From: Cytophagaceae bacterium
GTDB lineage: Bacteria; Bacteroidota; Bacteroidia; Cytophagales; Flexibacteraceae
NCBI GenBank assembly: GCA_027485575.1
Contig: JAIXQU010000104.1
Location: 19,984 to 83,983, forward strand
Direction: 5' to 3'
Length of the DNA stretch: 64,000 bases
Part shown: positions 20,550 to 28,809 of the stretch, piece after piece
Numbering within the stretch: the stretch's first letter is position 1
Layout: every line of letters begins with the position of its first letter
Notes under the pieces: model-generated
The model's database searches: none
The model's input: only the letters and a program-made list of their open reading frames with translations
What the model was told of the DNA's origin: nothing
Translations under genes and position numbers: made by a program

Positions 20550-22071
20550 TCAAAATTTTGTTAAATGTATTTTGTAATGCCGGCCTGTCTCCACTTAAAT
20601 AGGTCATTTCAACTGTAAAAAAGGCTAGATTCATTCTTCCATTATATAGGTTAAATGCCCTTGTGGCTATTGGCAAGGCAGGCCCAGTATAATTTGCAAT
20701 ACTGGTAACCGGTAACAAATACAAAGTATCCGCACCTTGTCTGGGAAAAAACAAATCCAATCCAGAGATTAGATGGACTGTGGTTTTCAAATCAAAATAA
20801 CCACTTTGGCGTGCAAGAACAGGTACGTTTCTCCTTAACCGGGCTGTTACAGAAAGTGGAGAGATCCTTTCAATGGGAACCAAAGAGAAAATGGGGTCAT
20901 CAACTGCCAGTTGACTATTCCCATCAGGGAAAATGACAGATGCAAGAAGCTTACCATCAAACCTCAGATATTGAATAAATGCAGGTGCCGCTGTGGTTAA
21001 GAGCAAAGGAATTTCTCCGGGTTTAGTTCCATAAATGTCTGAGTACCAAAATATCTTCTTATACAATTTGCACATCAGATAAAAAGATGCATTCCAGAAT
21101 TTTGGTTGATTGGTGTCCCCTCTACTTACCAGATCTATCTTATCAAAACTTGTTATGTTTTTTAACATTCCGGTATACAATGAGTCTCCAATAAATGCCC
21201 CCTCTCCTTTGTAAGCATCAATTAAAAGTAAATCAGAGGTCTTTCTTGTAAAGAAATAAGACTTTGAAGTTGAATCTATACTGGAAGAACCTGCAAAATC
21301 TTTAATCCTGAGATAAAATCTATTGAGGCCATCCAACTTTAAGCCACTTGCCGAAAGATTGGGTATAGGTGTTGGTTCTTTGTTTAATCCTGCAAGGTTT
21401 TCGCCTGCATAAAAAACAACATCAGATTCCGGCGCATCGGGATTTTTAGGTACGATTGAAAAAAAAGTCAGGTTTTTAGGCAAACCCACCCAGGCTGAAT
21501 TGTTACACCTGAAGAATACGGAATCAATATTTGAAAATCCATCCGGATCAGAAAAAGTGATTGGAAATGACATCGTTGACCAAATGGTGTCAGCCAAAAC
21601 CAAACCATCGGCAATAAAGGAAATAACCGGCCTGGAATTTTTTACAGGAATTTTCAAATATCCTGGAGATTGACTTACCGCACCTTTGTTATCAACCGCC
21701 TGAACAAAGAAATGAATACTGGCGGTATCAGCCGCTCCGGAAAAACTAAAAAGAAATGTGCTGTCTGTCCTGTTAACAACAGGTGACAAATTCAAACGAT
21801 CTAAAGCTTCAGAAGGATTTGTACTCCACCCGATTTTATATCCATTGATATATCCATCTGCATCGATACCAATCCAGTTAAGCTTTACCTGGGTAAACAA
21901 CCTCAACGAATCAGGCAGACCAATGGAATCTATGGAAATTCTAACCAAAGGGGACTCATTCAAAACCAAACTTGTTTTTTCCTCTGTGCACGAAGAAAAA
22001 CTTAAAATAAAGCCAAGCCACACCAAAAGGTGCGGCTTAAGCTTATTTATCAAATTATTGTCTGGCTTCAA
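20530..22071 (-). CDS. Lipoprotein of unknown function (envelope operon)
   Basis: Lipobox LSFSSC. N-terminal FN3/Ig-like segments (KLNWIGIDADGYINGYKIGWS). I recognise no enzymatic motif. The 3' end overlaps the receptor start by 20 nt. Confidence 0.6.
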   Translation of the reverse strand: MKPDNNLINKLKPHLLVWLGFILSFSSCTEEKTSLVLNESPLVRISIDSIGLPDSLRLFTQVKLNWIGIDADGYINGYKIGWSTNPSEALDRLNLSPVVNRTDSTFLFSFSGAADTASIHFFVQAVDNKGAVSQSPGYLKIPVKNSRPVISFIADGLVLADTIWSTMSFPITFSDPDGFSNIDSVFFRCNNSAWVGLPKNLTFFSIVPKNPDAPESDVVFYAGENLAGLNKEPTPIPNLSASGLKLDGLNRFYLRIKDFAGSSSIDSTSKSYFFTRKTSDLLLIDAYKGEGAFIGDSLYTGMLKNITSFDKIDLVSRGDTNQPKFWNASFYLMCKLYKKIFWYSDIYGTKPGEIPLLLTTAAPAFIQYLRFDGKLLASVIFPDGNSQLAVDDPIFSLVPIERISPLSVTARLRRNVPVLARQSGYFDLKTTVHLISGLDLFFPRQGADTLYLLPVTSIANYTGPALPIATRAFNLYNGRMNLAFFTVEMTYLSGDRPALQNTFNKILNEDFNW

Positions 22072-22086
22072 AAGCTTGTGATTTTT

Positions 22087-24246
22087 CTACTTTTGAATCA
22101 GGAGATTGCGAACTCCAATAAGTTTTTTGGAAGGTTCAGAAACCCTTACCTGATATAAACCATTAACCAATTTGTCAATGGCAATGGTATTATCTTTTCC
22201 ATTTACAGTAGTGCTCAATACCTTTTGACCTTTGGCATTGAAAATCTCCACGTTTGAAGTGGAAGAAGCTTCAATTTTAATATGCAAGGTTTCCTTTGCC
22301 GGATTTGGGAAAAGACCAAACTGATTATTTCCTGTAAGTTCCCTGGTGCTCAGGATAAGGAGGGTGATATCTAAATCATTTCTTGGAAGTAACTTCATAT
22401 TTCCAAAACTGTAAGTCATAACACCCTGAATAAATGTAACTTCAGATCCTGGCAATACAATTTCTGCCGGAACATTCATTTGGCCATCCTGGGTAAACCA
22501 CCTTGGTGAATTTACATAACGAACATTTAAAGAGCTGAAAGTATTGGAATTCTGTCTTCCTGCTAAAACACGGCAACCGGTATTTGGGTCATTCACATCA
22601 GCGCCAATTCTATACTCGCCATTATTTCTGTTCGTGGCGGCATCTGCATTGGAATCTACAACAAATAAATTCTGACCAGCAACCGGATTTTTTAGCTTCA
22701 CCAGCATTCCTTCATATTGCTCATTTTGACTGGCTCCGGTGGCGCTATATGTTGTAAACAAAGCCGGGTCAAGCTCTAAGGGGGCTGGCACTGGTTGACC
22801 TGAAGCTACAACTGCGGAATTTGTGATGTTCGAAATCCTGGTCAATCCAAAGCTTTCTTCCACTACACCTGTGATATTTACCTGGTCTCCAATGGATAAA
22901 CCTGAAATAAGCGTTCCTCCATTTACCCAAATACCTCCCCATGAAGTTAGTCCAGGTTGTTGCATGTGCACATAACCTAAGTTTCCATTAACCTGAGAAG
23001 TTACTATTCCCTGAACAACCACAGTATCACCAACATATCCGGATCTTCCATTGGTAAAGGGGGTGAACTGAATGTCTTTAATTGTACAACCATCAGAATT
23101 AACCACATAAAATAAAGGGTTAATATTTCCAGGAACGTTCGGCTGAACAGTAGTGTTATTTAAATTGTCTTTAGCCCGAACATAATATCGGACTGTAGTT
23201 CCATTCGCTTGAGCTGGAATTTGAGCAGAGTATCTGGTTCCTAACGCAGTAGCATTAACAGGCGTATACGATGTTCCATTGGTTGAGTATAAAAATTCAA
23301 CGGAAGAAACAGAACCGTCATCAGTTACATCCGCAGAAATATTGATGGCATCGGCAGGCAAAGGGCAAGACTTACTCTTCTTAATATTTCCAATGGCTGG
23401 GGATGAGGCACCTTTTACATAGTGAGTCAGACTAAAAGGATTCATATTATAACCTCGGTTTGTAGCTGCAGTTCCTGCACAAATATTTTTCCAACCTTCT
23501 ATAATCCCCTTGACAGAGGTATATGAATCTCCAACATTTGGCGGAACAAATCCGGCGGAAATCCTTTGTGTCTTAAATCGGTCATAGATCCAGATATGGT
23601 TGTTATTGGCATCTTTCACTAGGATTCTACATCTGTCAGCCACATTAAGATCAACCGATACAACCGTTACATTCTGGATTTCAACAAAATTGCCTTCGTA
23701 TTTTTCACCGGTTAAAATGTTATTTGAAGGTTGATTGTTGACATTAAGATTTCCATTAAGCTCTCCTACACCTACAAGGACAGGCAATGGCGCCGGACCT
23801 GCATCCTCACTAATGATAAAAACCCCATTCGGAATTGGGTTAAGTTGTGTTTCTCCATTTCCATTTGACCCTTGGTTAAACTCTGACACGGTTCCAATTA
23901 CTTCTATGGTATCACCTGCTATTAATGTGTTGATATCCGTAGGTGAAGTAATTCCTGAAGCACGAACAGTGATGTTTCCAAAAGGGGTTGAAGCCGTGGC
24001 AGTTACATCTCTTATCCAAATCCAACGGGTACTTCCTGTGGTTTCATTTAATCCACCGGGCGTAATAACTACACCTTTAACACGAACCGTATCATTGAGA
24101 TAGACTGGATTAGGTCCATCATTACATGAATCTGGTTGAAACTGGCCAGCCCATCCCTGTATATTTTGGATTGGAACAATTGGCAATTGAGCCCATGCCA
24201 TAAAAGGCAAAAAAAGGCTAGAAAATAAAGCTAAACGTAATTTCAT
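22087..24246 (-). CDS. Large surface protein with duplicated OB-like modules and a T9SS type-A C-terminal sorting domain
   Basis: The start is taken at MKLRLALFSSLFLPFMAWAQ (internal Met), which removes the overlap with the upstream gene. The C-terminus FPNPAKETLHIKIE...NGLYQVRVSEPSKKLIGVRNLLIQK is a classic T9SS CTD. Confidence 0.75.
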   Translation of the reverse strand: MKLRLALFSSLFLPFMAWAQLPIVPIQNIQGWAGQFQPDSCNDGPNPVYLNDTVRVKGVVITPGGLNETTGSTRWIWIRDVTATASTPFGNITVRASGITSPTDINTLIAGDTIEVIGTVSEFNQGSNGNGETQLNPIPNGVFIISEDAGPAPLPVLVGVGELNGNLNVNNQPSNNILTGEKYEGNFVEIQNVTVVSVDLNVADRCRILVKDANNNHIWIYDRFKTQRISAGFVPPNVGDSYTSVKGIIEGWKNICAGTAATNRGYNMNPFSLTHYVKGASSPAIGNIKKSKSCPLPADAINISADVTDDGSVSSVEFLYSTNGTSYTPVNATALGTRYSAQIPAQANGTTVRYYVRAKDNLNNTTVQPNVPGNINPLFYVVNSDGCTIKDIQFTPFTNGRSGYVGDTVVVQGIVTSQVNGNLGYVHMQQPGLTSWGGIWVNGGTLISGLSIGDQVNITGVVEESFGLTRISNITNSAVVASGQPVPAPLELDPALFTTYSATGASQNEQYEGMLVKLKNPVAGQNLFVVDSNADAATNRNNGEYRIGADVNDPNTGCRVLAGRQNSNTFSSLNVRYVNSPRWFTQDGQMNVPAEIVLPGSEVTFIQGVMTYSFGNMKLLPRNDLDITLLILSTRELTGNNQFGLFPNPAKETLHIKIEASSTSNVEIFNAKGQKVLSTTVNGKDNTIAIDKLVNGLYQVRVSEPSKKLIGVRNLLIQK

Positions 24247-24253
24247 CTTTGTT

Positions 24254-26461
24254 CTATTTGATGATTGTGAATTTTCCTGTTTGAATTTTTCCTGTTTTAT
24301 AATCTTTAACTGAAAACAAATATAGCCCACGGCTTATGATTTGAGAATCTTTACTTAATAAATTCCAGTCATGCTCTCCACCAGAGAAAACACGCTTATC
24401 CGGATTTAAAGGGTCTTGAGAAAAAGTACTGTATGTTTTAAACCAGCTTTCTGAGCCCTGGTAGGTGGAGGCATCATGCGTAAATTCATCAATTAAGTCC
24501 CCGGCAGCTGAAAAAATCTTAATGTCACATCTGGCCGGAAGATTTGCAAAATACAATTTTCCATCCTCAGGTTTGGTACTGGAACCTGACCAGGCTGACC
24601 CTGAATAATAGGGATCCGGGTAAACGAATGGAGGATTATCCTCTATATCAGGATTGGGAGTCGTTCCGGGAAAAACCATAAATTGGTTGGTTTTCAAAGC
24701 CGTTTCCAATGGGCCCAGGTTGTTTTTATTTGAACCTCTGTCAAATGCAGTTAATGCGATAACATGCTGCCAGCCATTTTGAACTTTTGGAAATGAAAAC
24801 TTGTATTTGTATTCAATATTGGAATCCGGAAAAATTGTATCCTTCTTTAGTTTTACGACTGAAAAACCGCTATTGAATCCAACAGTATTTCCTGTTTTAT
24901 CCCACTCTCCTACCAACTTCAATGAGTTTTGTAAATCAATGGTTGGCTTTGTATCAAAAGCAAATTCTGATTTGTACAATTTATATCCTTCAAAATCTTT
25001 TTCTTTTGAAATGGGATCAATTGAGTTTTCAGAATTATCGGACCAATAAACATCAATGGAGTTAGACCCGGCAATCACTTTGGTATTGGGGACATCCGGA
25101 GGACTTGGCAGTATGTACCGGTCCAAAATAGAATCTCCGTTAAGATCTTCTTCAATTGACAAAATTCCGTCCCCGTTTAAATCCTCACCATTAAAAGCCG
25201 TTTGAGCCCAAAGCCCGTTGGCAAATAGGTTTCTTTGTTGTATGGCTGAATTTTCGGTATTGGGAAGATTCTCTTCATTGTCCTTTTTTGCACAAATAAG
25301 CGCAAATGCCACATTGACTGATTCCCCCGGGGCTAAAGTCTGCAAACTTCCACAGGAAAGAACATTGGTTCGGTTTCCGGGTGCTTTAATTATCTTTTGG
25401 GTAGACTGAATTGGCGGCTGTGCATCCCAAACATCTTCATATTGAAGTCCGGTAGCCATCCTTCCAAATCTTTCGGGGTCGTTAGGTGGGGGAAAAAACT
25501 TAGGATCAGAACTTCCAAATAACCAGGTCTGGAAATTCACTTTGAATCTTGAGTTTTTCTTTTTTCCCGGTACTATTATAAGGCCCTTACCTTTTTTATC
25601 AAATTTTTCAGCCCCTAAAAACTTAATTCCAACATAGCTTTCTGTAAATCCAGGATCGCCAGTAGCATCAAAAACATAACCCATCCGCAATGAATCCAGA
25701 TAGCCATTTCCCCCTTTATTAAAGAATGCTGTACCTGAAGGAGTTACCCGGCTAACATTTCTAACAACGGCATTGTAGTATTGGCCAACATGCAAACTAT
25801 CAAGTGTATCTACTCCGGTATTTGTAATCCGGTAATTCAGGATTACAAAAAAATTGGCAAATGAAAAGTTCCAATTATAGGTTTCCAACTTAACATTAAG
25901 CCCCAAGGGGTTGGTATGGTCCGGGATGGTTCTTGGCGGATTTCCTGAACCAGGAATGAAGATGTTTTTGTCAGTAAATTCAGTTGAAAAATCCTGATGC
26001 GAGATTGCATTGGATTGAAAAGTTTGGTTCTGAGGCAGACTGGACTTTTCCGAAATACCCGGACTTACAGAGGTGAATTCAAAATTTCTGGAACCGGCTG
26101 AATAACCACTTGGAGCATCAAAAGCTGCCGTAGATACATAAGGACCGAATAAATTTTTAACCAGAACAGAATCAACTCCCCCAGGCGTTGGATTGAGCAC
26201 TTTTCGCCGGCTGGATTTGTAAGCACCAACCCACAGCCCACCTTGAAACATATGCTCAATGGAAGAGCCCACCGGATACTCACAACTGGGATAGTTTTTT
26301 TGGGTATAACTGCCCCTGAAAGCATTTCCAATTAAACCGAGGTTATTAATGGTCAGACCTACATTTGCCTGGGTAGTTACCCGCTCATCCAGTATTTGGC
26401 CTTTACCAACACTGGCAATAAAAACAAATATGAAAATAATTAAGTAAACGCGTTTCGGCAT
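24254..26461 (-). CDS. Large secreted protein with tandem Ca-binding-type loops and a T9SS-CTD/FlgD-Ig-like tail (first gene of the envelope operon)
   Basis: The start is taken at MPKRVYLIIFIFVFIASVGKGQ. It contains DLNGDGILSIEEDLNGDSILD (two DxNxDG loops). The C-terminus reads YFANLPARCDIKIFSAAGDLIDEF...SRGLYLFSVKDYKTGKIQTGKFTIIK. Confidence 0.7.
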   Translation of the reverse strand: MPKRVYLIIFIFVFIASVGKGQILDERVTTQANVGLTINNLGLIGNAFRGSYTQKNYPSCEYPVGSSIEHMFQGGLWVGAYKSSRRKVLNPTPGGVDSVLVKNLFGPYVSTAAFDAPSGYSAGSRNFEFTSVSPGISEKSSLPQNQTFQSNAISHQDFSTEFTDKNIFIPGSGNPPRTIPDHTNPLGLNVKLETYNWNFSFANFFVILNYRITNTGVDTLDSLHVGQYYNAVVRNVSRVTPSGTAFFNKGGNGYLDSLRMGYVFDATGDPGFTESYVGIKFLGAEKFDKKGKGLIIVPGKKKNSRFKVNFQTWLFGSSDPKFFPPPNDPERFGRMATGLQYEDVWDAQPPIQSTQKIIKAPGNRTNVLSCGSLQTLAPGESVNVAFALICAKKDNEENLPNTENSAIQQRNLFANGLWAQTAFNGEDLNGDGILSIEEDLNGDSILDRYILPSPPDVPNTKVIAGSNSIDVYWSDNSENSIDPISKEKDFEGYKLYKSEFAFDTKPTIDLQNSLKLVGEWDKTGNTVGFNSGFSVVKLKKDTIFPDSNIEYKYKFSFPKVQNGWQHVIALTAFDRGSNKNNLGPLETALKTNQFMVFPGTTPNPDIEDNPPFVYPDPYYSGSAWSGSSTKPEDGKLYFANLPARCDIKIFSAAGDLIDEFTHDASTYQGSESWFKTYSTFSQDPLNPDKRVFSGGEHDWNLLSKDSQIISRGLYLFSVKDYKTGKIQTGKFTIIK

Positions 26462-26662
26462 TGCGGTGCAAGTTGGCAAAATTGCCTGTAAGGTTTTGTT
26501 ACAGTTCTATTATTTTTCAAAAACATTTACAGTCTTCCAAATCAAAAGAAAGTTTGAAAATATTTGAATATCAATTGGTTAATTGTATTAAATTGGAGAA
26601 AAACACCGAATACTATTTGGAAAATATTTTTCATTTATTCGTTAGGCTCTTTAACTTTTCTC

Positions 26663-26926
26663 CTAAATGGATGCAAATGCGATCATAACCTTGTTTTCGT
26701 CTTCAGTAAGAATCTCAAATATTTTGAATTTACCGGTTCTTCCAGCTTTCAAAGCAATTTGGGATTAAGGAATTTTCAGGTAATTGAACAAAACCCTTTG
26801 AACGCCCAGGTTCGCTTTGCCGTTTACTGCTGGCTCTGGTACCCTTATCCAAATTTGTCCATTTGAAGTTTTCCCTATGGAATCGTTGATAGAATTAGGT
26901 TTTACCAATATTGAGACAAAAGTCAT
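26663..26926 (-). pseudogene. DUF167 (YggU) family gene interrupted by one in-frame TAA
   Basis: My minus-strand translation is MTFVSILVKPNSINDSIGKTSNGQIWIRVPEPAVNGKANLGVQRVLFNYLKIP*SQIALKAGRTGKFKIFEILTEDENKVMIAFASI*. It matches the YggU pattern (V.P.a..d.i......l.i.v.ApPvdGkAN..l..fL.....v.KS.v.i..G...r.K...i). The TAA at 26765-26767 sits where the family has Lys. Confidence 0.6.
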
Positions 26927-26936
26927 ACACAAAAAA

Positions 26937-26960
26937 AAATCCCACATTGCTGCGGGATTT
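26937..26960 (-). terminator. Rho-independent terminator downstream of rpmB
   Basis: On the minus strand, aaatcccgcagcaatgtgggattt forms a hairpin that is followed by a run of nine T. Confidence 0.65.
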
Positions 26961-26979
26961 CTCAAAAAAAAAACAAAAA

Positions 26980-27216
26980 CTATAATCTTATAATTTCTAA
27001 TCCAGACTTTCTTAAAGTTTGGCTTAGGCCTAATTTATTAATAATTCTCAAGGCATGAGTTGAAACTTTAAGGTTTACCCAAACACCTTCTTCTTCAAGA
27101 AACAATCTCTTATTCTGAAGGTTAGGATAAAACTTCCTTTTCGTTTTGTTATTTGCATGAGAAACATTGTTCCCAGATACAGTTCTCTTTCCAGTTATTT
27201 GACAAACTTTAGCCAT
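26980..27216 (-). CDS. rpmB: 50S ribosomal protein L28
   Basis: [39 protein letters not shown]... is canonical L28. The start is set at the internal Met because a -7 box lies inside the longer ORF. Confidence 0.9.
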   Translation of the reverse strand: MAKVCQITGKRTVSGNNVSHANNKTKRKFYPNLQNKRLFLEEEGVWVNLKVSTHALRIINKLGLSQTLRKSGLEIIRL

Positions 27217-27239
27217 ATTGATTTTCCCGTTTGGGGCTG

Positions 27240-27247
27240 CAAAAGTA
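27240..27247 (-). promoter_or_regulatory. -7 promoter box TACTTTTG for rpmB
   Basis: The plus strand reads caaaagta, which is TAnnTTTG on the minus strand, 23 nt upstream of the rpmB ATG. Confidence 0.45.
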
Positions 27248-27276
27248 GAAAAAATAATTTTATCACAATACAATTA

Positions 27277-27510
27277 CTATATATTTTTTTTCTCCTGCCA
27301 AGGGCAATGCCGGCAATTGCTTTTGCAGCAATAGCCTCTCTTAAGATGATGGGTCTCGGTAAAAACCAGAACTGAATTTGTTGAAAAATAATAATCTGAG
27401 TCCTGGATATCCGGATACTTCCTTTCCACCAAAGCTTTCAATTTTTTATTTGTCTTTATTTTTACTGTTCCCATCACAAAAAAGTAACCGATTAACAACC
27501 ACTTCTTCAT
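27277..27510 (-). CDS. Small cysteine-rich protein (DUF5522-like)
   Basis: The C-terminal motif [25 protein letters not shown] matches my recollection of the DUF5522 family (..YHL.RGYCCG.GCRHCPY). Confidence 0.55.
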   Translation of the reverse strand: MKKWLLIGYFFVMGTVKIKTNKKLKALVERKYPDIQDSDYYFSTNSVLVFTETHHLKRGYCCKSNCRHCPWQEKKNI

Positions 27511-27517
27511 AATGTTT

Positions 27518-27525
27518 TAAGTTTG
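27518..27525 (+). promoter_or_regulatory. -7 promoter box TAAGTTTG for rocD
   Basis: Exact TAnnTTTG 24 nt upstream of the ATG at 27550. It overlaps the TTG start proposed by the ORF track, which argues for the ATG. Confidence 0.45.
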
Positions 27526-27549
27526 CAGACTTATTGCAACATTATTATT

Positions 27550-28803
27550 ATGACAGACCAAATTAATCTCAATTCAACCAAGGCAAAATCCAGCCAACAG
27601 GCAATGGAATGGGAAGATAAATATGGAGCGCACAATTACCACCCGCTTCCGGTAGTTCTTGACAGGGGAAAAGGCCTGGAACTTTGGGATATTGAAGGAA
27701 AAAGGTATTTCGATTTCCTATCTGCTTATTCAGCTGTTAATCAAGGTCATTGTCACCCTAAGATAGTGGATGCATTAACTGAACAGGCACAAAAACTCAC
27801 CCTTACTTCAAGGGCATTTTATAACAGCCGGCTTGGAGAATTCGAAAAGCTCATAACAGAAATGCTCGGTTATGATAAGGTTTTGGCCATGAATTCAGGC
27901 GCAGAGGCGAATGAAACAGCTTTGAAACTTGCAAGAAAATGGGGATACATGGTGAAAGGCATCCCGGAAAACAAGGCTAAAATAGTTGCAGTTTCAAATA
28001 ATTTCCATGGAAGAACATTGGGGGTTATTTCGGCTTCGACAGAGCAAAGCAGCACCCATGGCTTCGGTCCATTTATTGAGGGATTTGTAATCATTCCGTA
28101 TGATGATGTGCCAGCACTTGAAGAAGCTTTGCAGGACCCAAATGTTTGTGCCTTTTGGGTTGAACCCATTCAGGGAGAAGCTGGGGTAATTATTCCGGAA
28201 CAGGGATATTTAACCAAGGCAAAAGCGGCTTGTGACAAATACAAAGTTTTATTGATGGCAGATGAGGTTCAAACCGGAATGTGCAGAACAGGAAAAATGC
28301 TTGCCTGCGACCATGAATTGGTGAGGCCAGATGTCCTTATTTTGGGAAAAGCCCTTAGTGGTGGAATCATGCCAGTTTCTGCGGTTTTAGCAGATGATGA
28401 AGTAATGCTCACAATAAAACCAGGTGAACATGGATCCACCTTTGGAGGGAATCCTCTGGCTTGTGCAGTGGGAATTGCTTCTCTTCAGGTTTTGGTAGAA
28501 GAAAACCTTGCTGACAACGCCCACCGGATGGGGAAAATTTTCCGGGCGAAAATGGAAGAAATAAAAACAAAAAGTCCAATGGTGAGAACAGTAAGGGGAA
28601 AAGGCCTGCTAAATGCTGTTGAAATTGAACCCATGAATGGATTAACCGCCTGGGATGTTTGTCTAAATTTGAAGAAAAATGGATTGCTAGCCAAACCAAC
28701 TAGGCAAGATACCATTAGATTTGCACCTCCTTTGATAATTTCAGAAACTCAAATGTTGGAGTGTTGTCATATTATTGAGGAAAGTATCATTACCATTTTA
28801 TAA
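27550..28803 (+). CDS. rocD: Ornithine aminotransferase (class III PLP aminotransferase)
   Basis: [34 protein letters not shown] and [13 protein letters not shown], with the PLP Lys in ILGKALSGG. Confidence 0.85.
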   Translation: MTDQINLNSTKAKSSQQAMEWEDKYGAHNYHPLPVVLDRGKGLELWDIEGKRYFDFLSAYSAVNQGHCHPKIVDALTEQAQKLTLTSRAFYNSRLGEFEKLITEMLGYDKVLAMNSGAEANETALKLARKWGYMVKGIPENKAKIVAVSNNFHGRTLGVISASTEQSSTHGFGPFIEGFVIIPYDDVPALEEALQDPNVCAFWVEPIQGEAGVIIPEQGYLTKAKAACDKYKVLLMADEVQTGMCRTGKMLACDHELVRPDVLILGKALSGGIMPVSAVLADDEVMLTIKPGEHGSTFGGNPLACAVGIASLQVLVEENLADNAHRMGKIFRAKMEEIKTKSPMVRTVRGKGLLNAVEIEPMNGLTAWDVCLNLKKNGLLAKPTRQDTIRFAPPLIISETQMLECCHIIEESIITIL

Positions 28804-28809
28804 TACAAT

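Noticed and set aside
26564-26866. A 100-aa plus-strand ORF with a lipoprotein-like N-terminus (IFFIYSLGSLTFLLNGC).
   Set aside because: The opposite strand of the same DNA encodes a clear DUF167/YggU-family sequence. The plus-strand product is Trp/Cys/Phe-rich, has a TTG start and matches no family.
26952-26961. The word GCGGGATT recurs at 26952-26959, at 32259-32266 and, as its complement, at 63581-63588. This hinted at a REP-like family.
   Set aside because: The first two copies are just the 3' arms of ordinary terminator hairpins, and the third has no partner arm. Three copies of an 8-mer are too little evidence without a genome-wide count.
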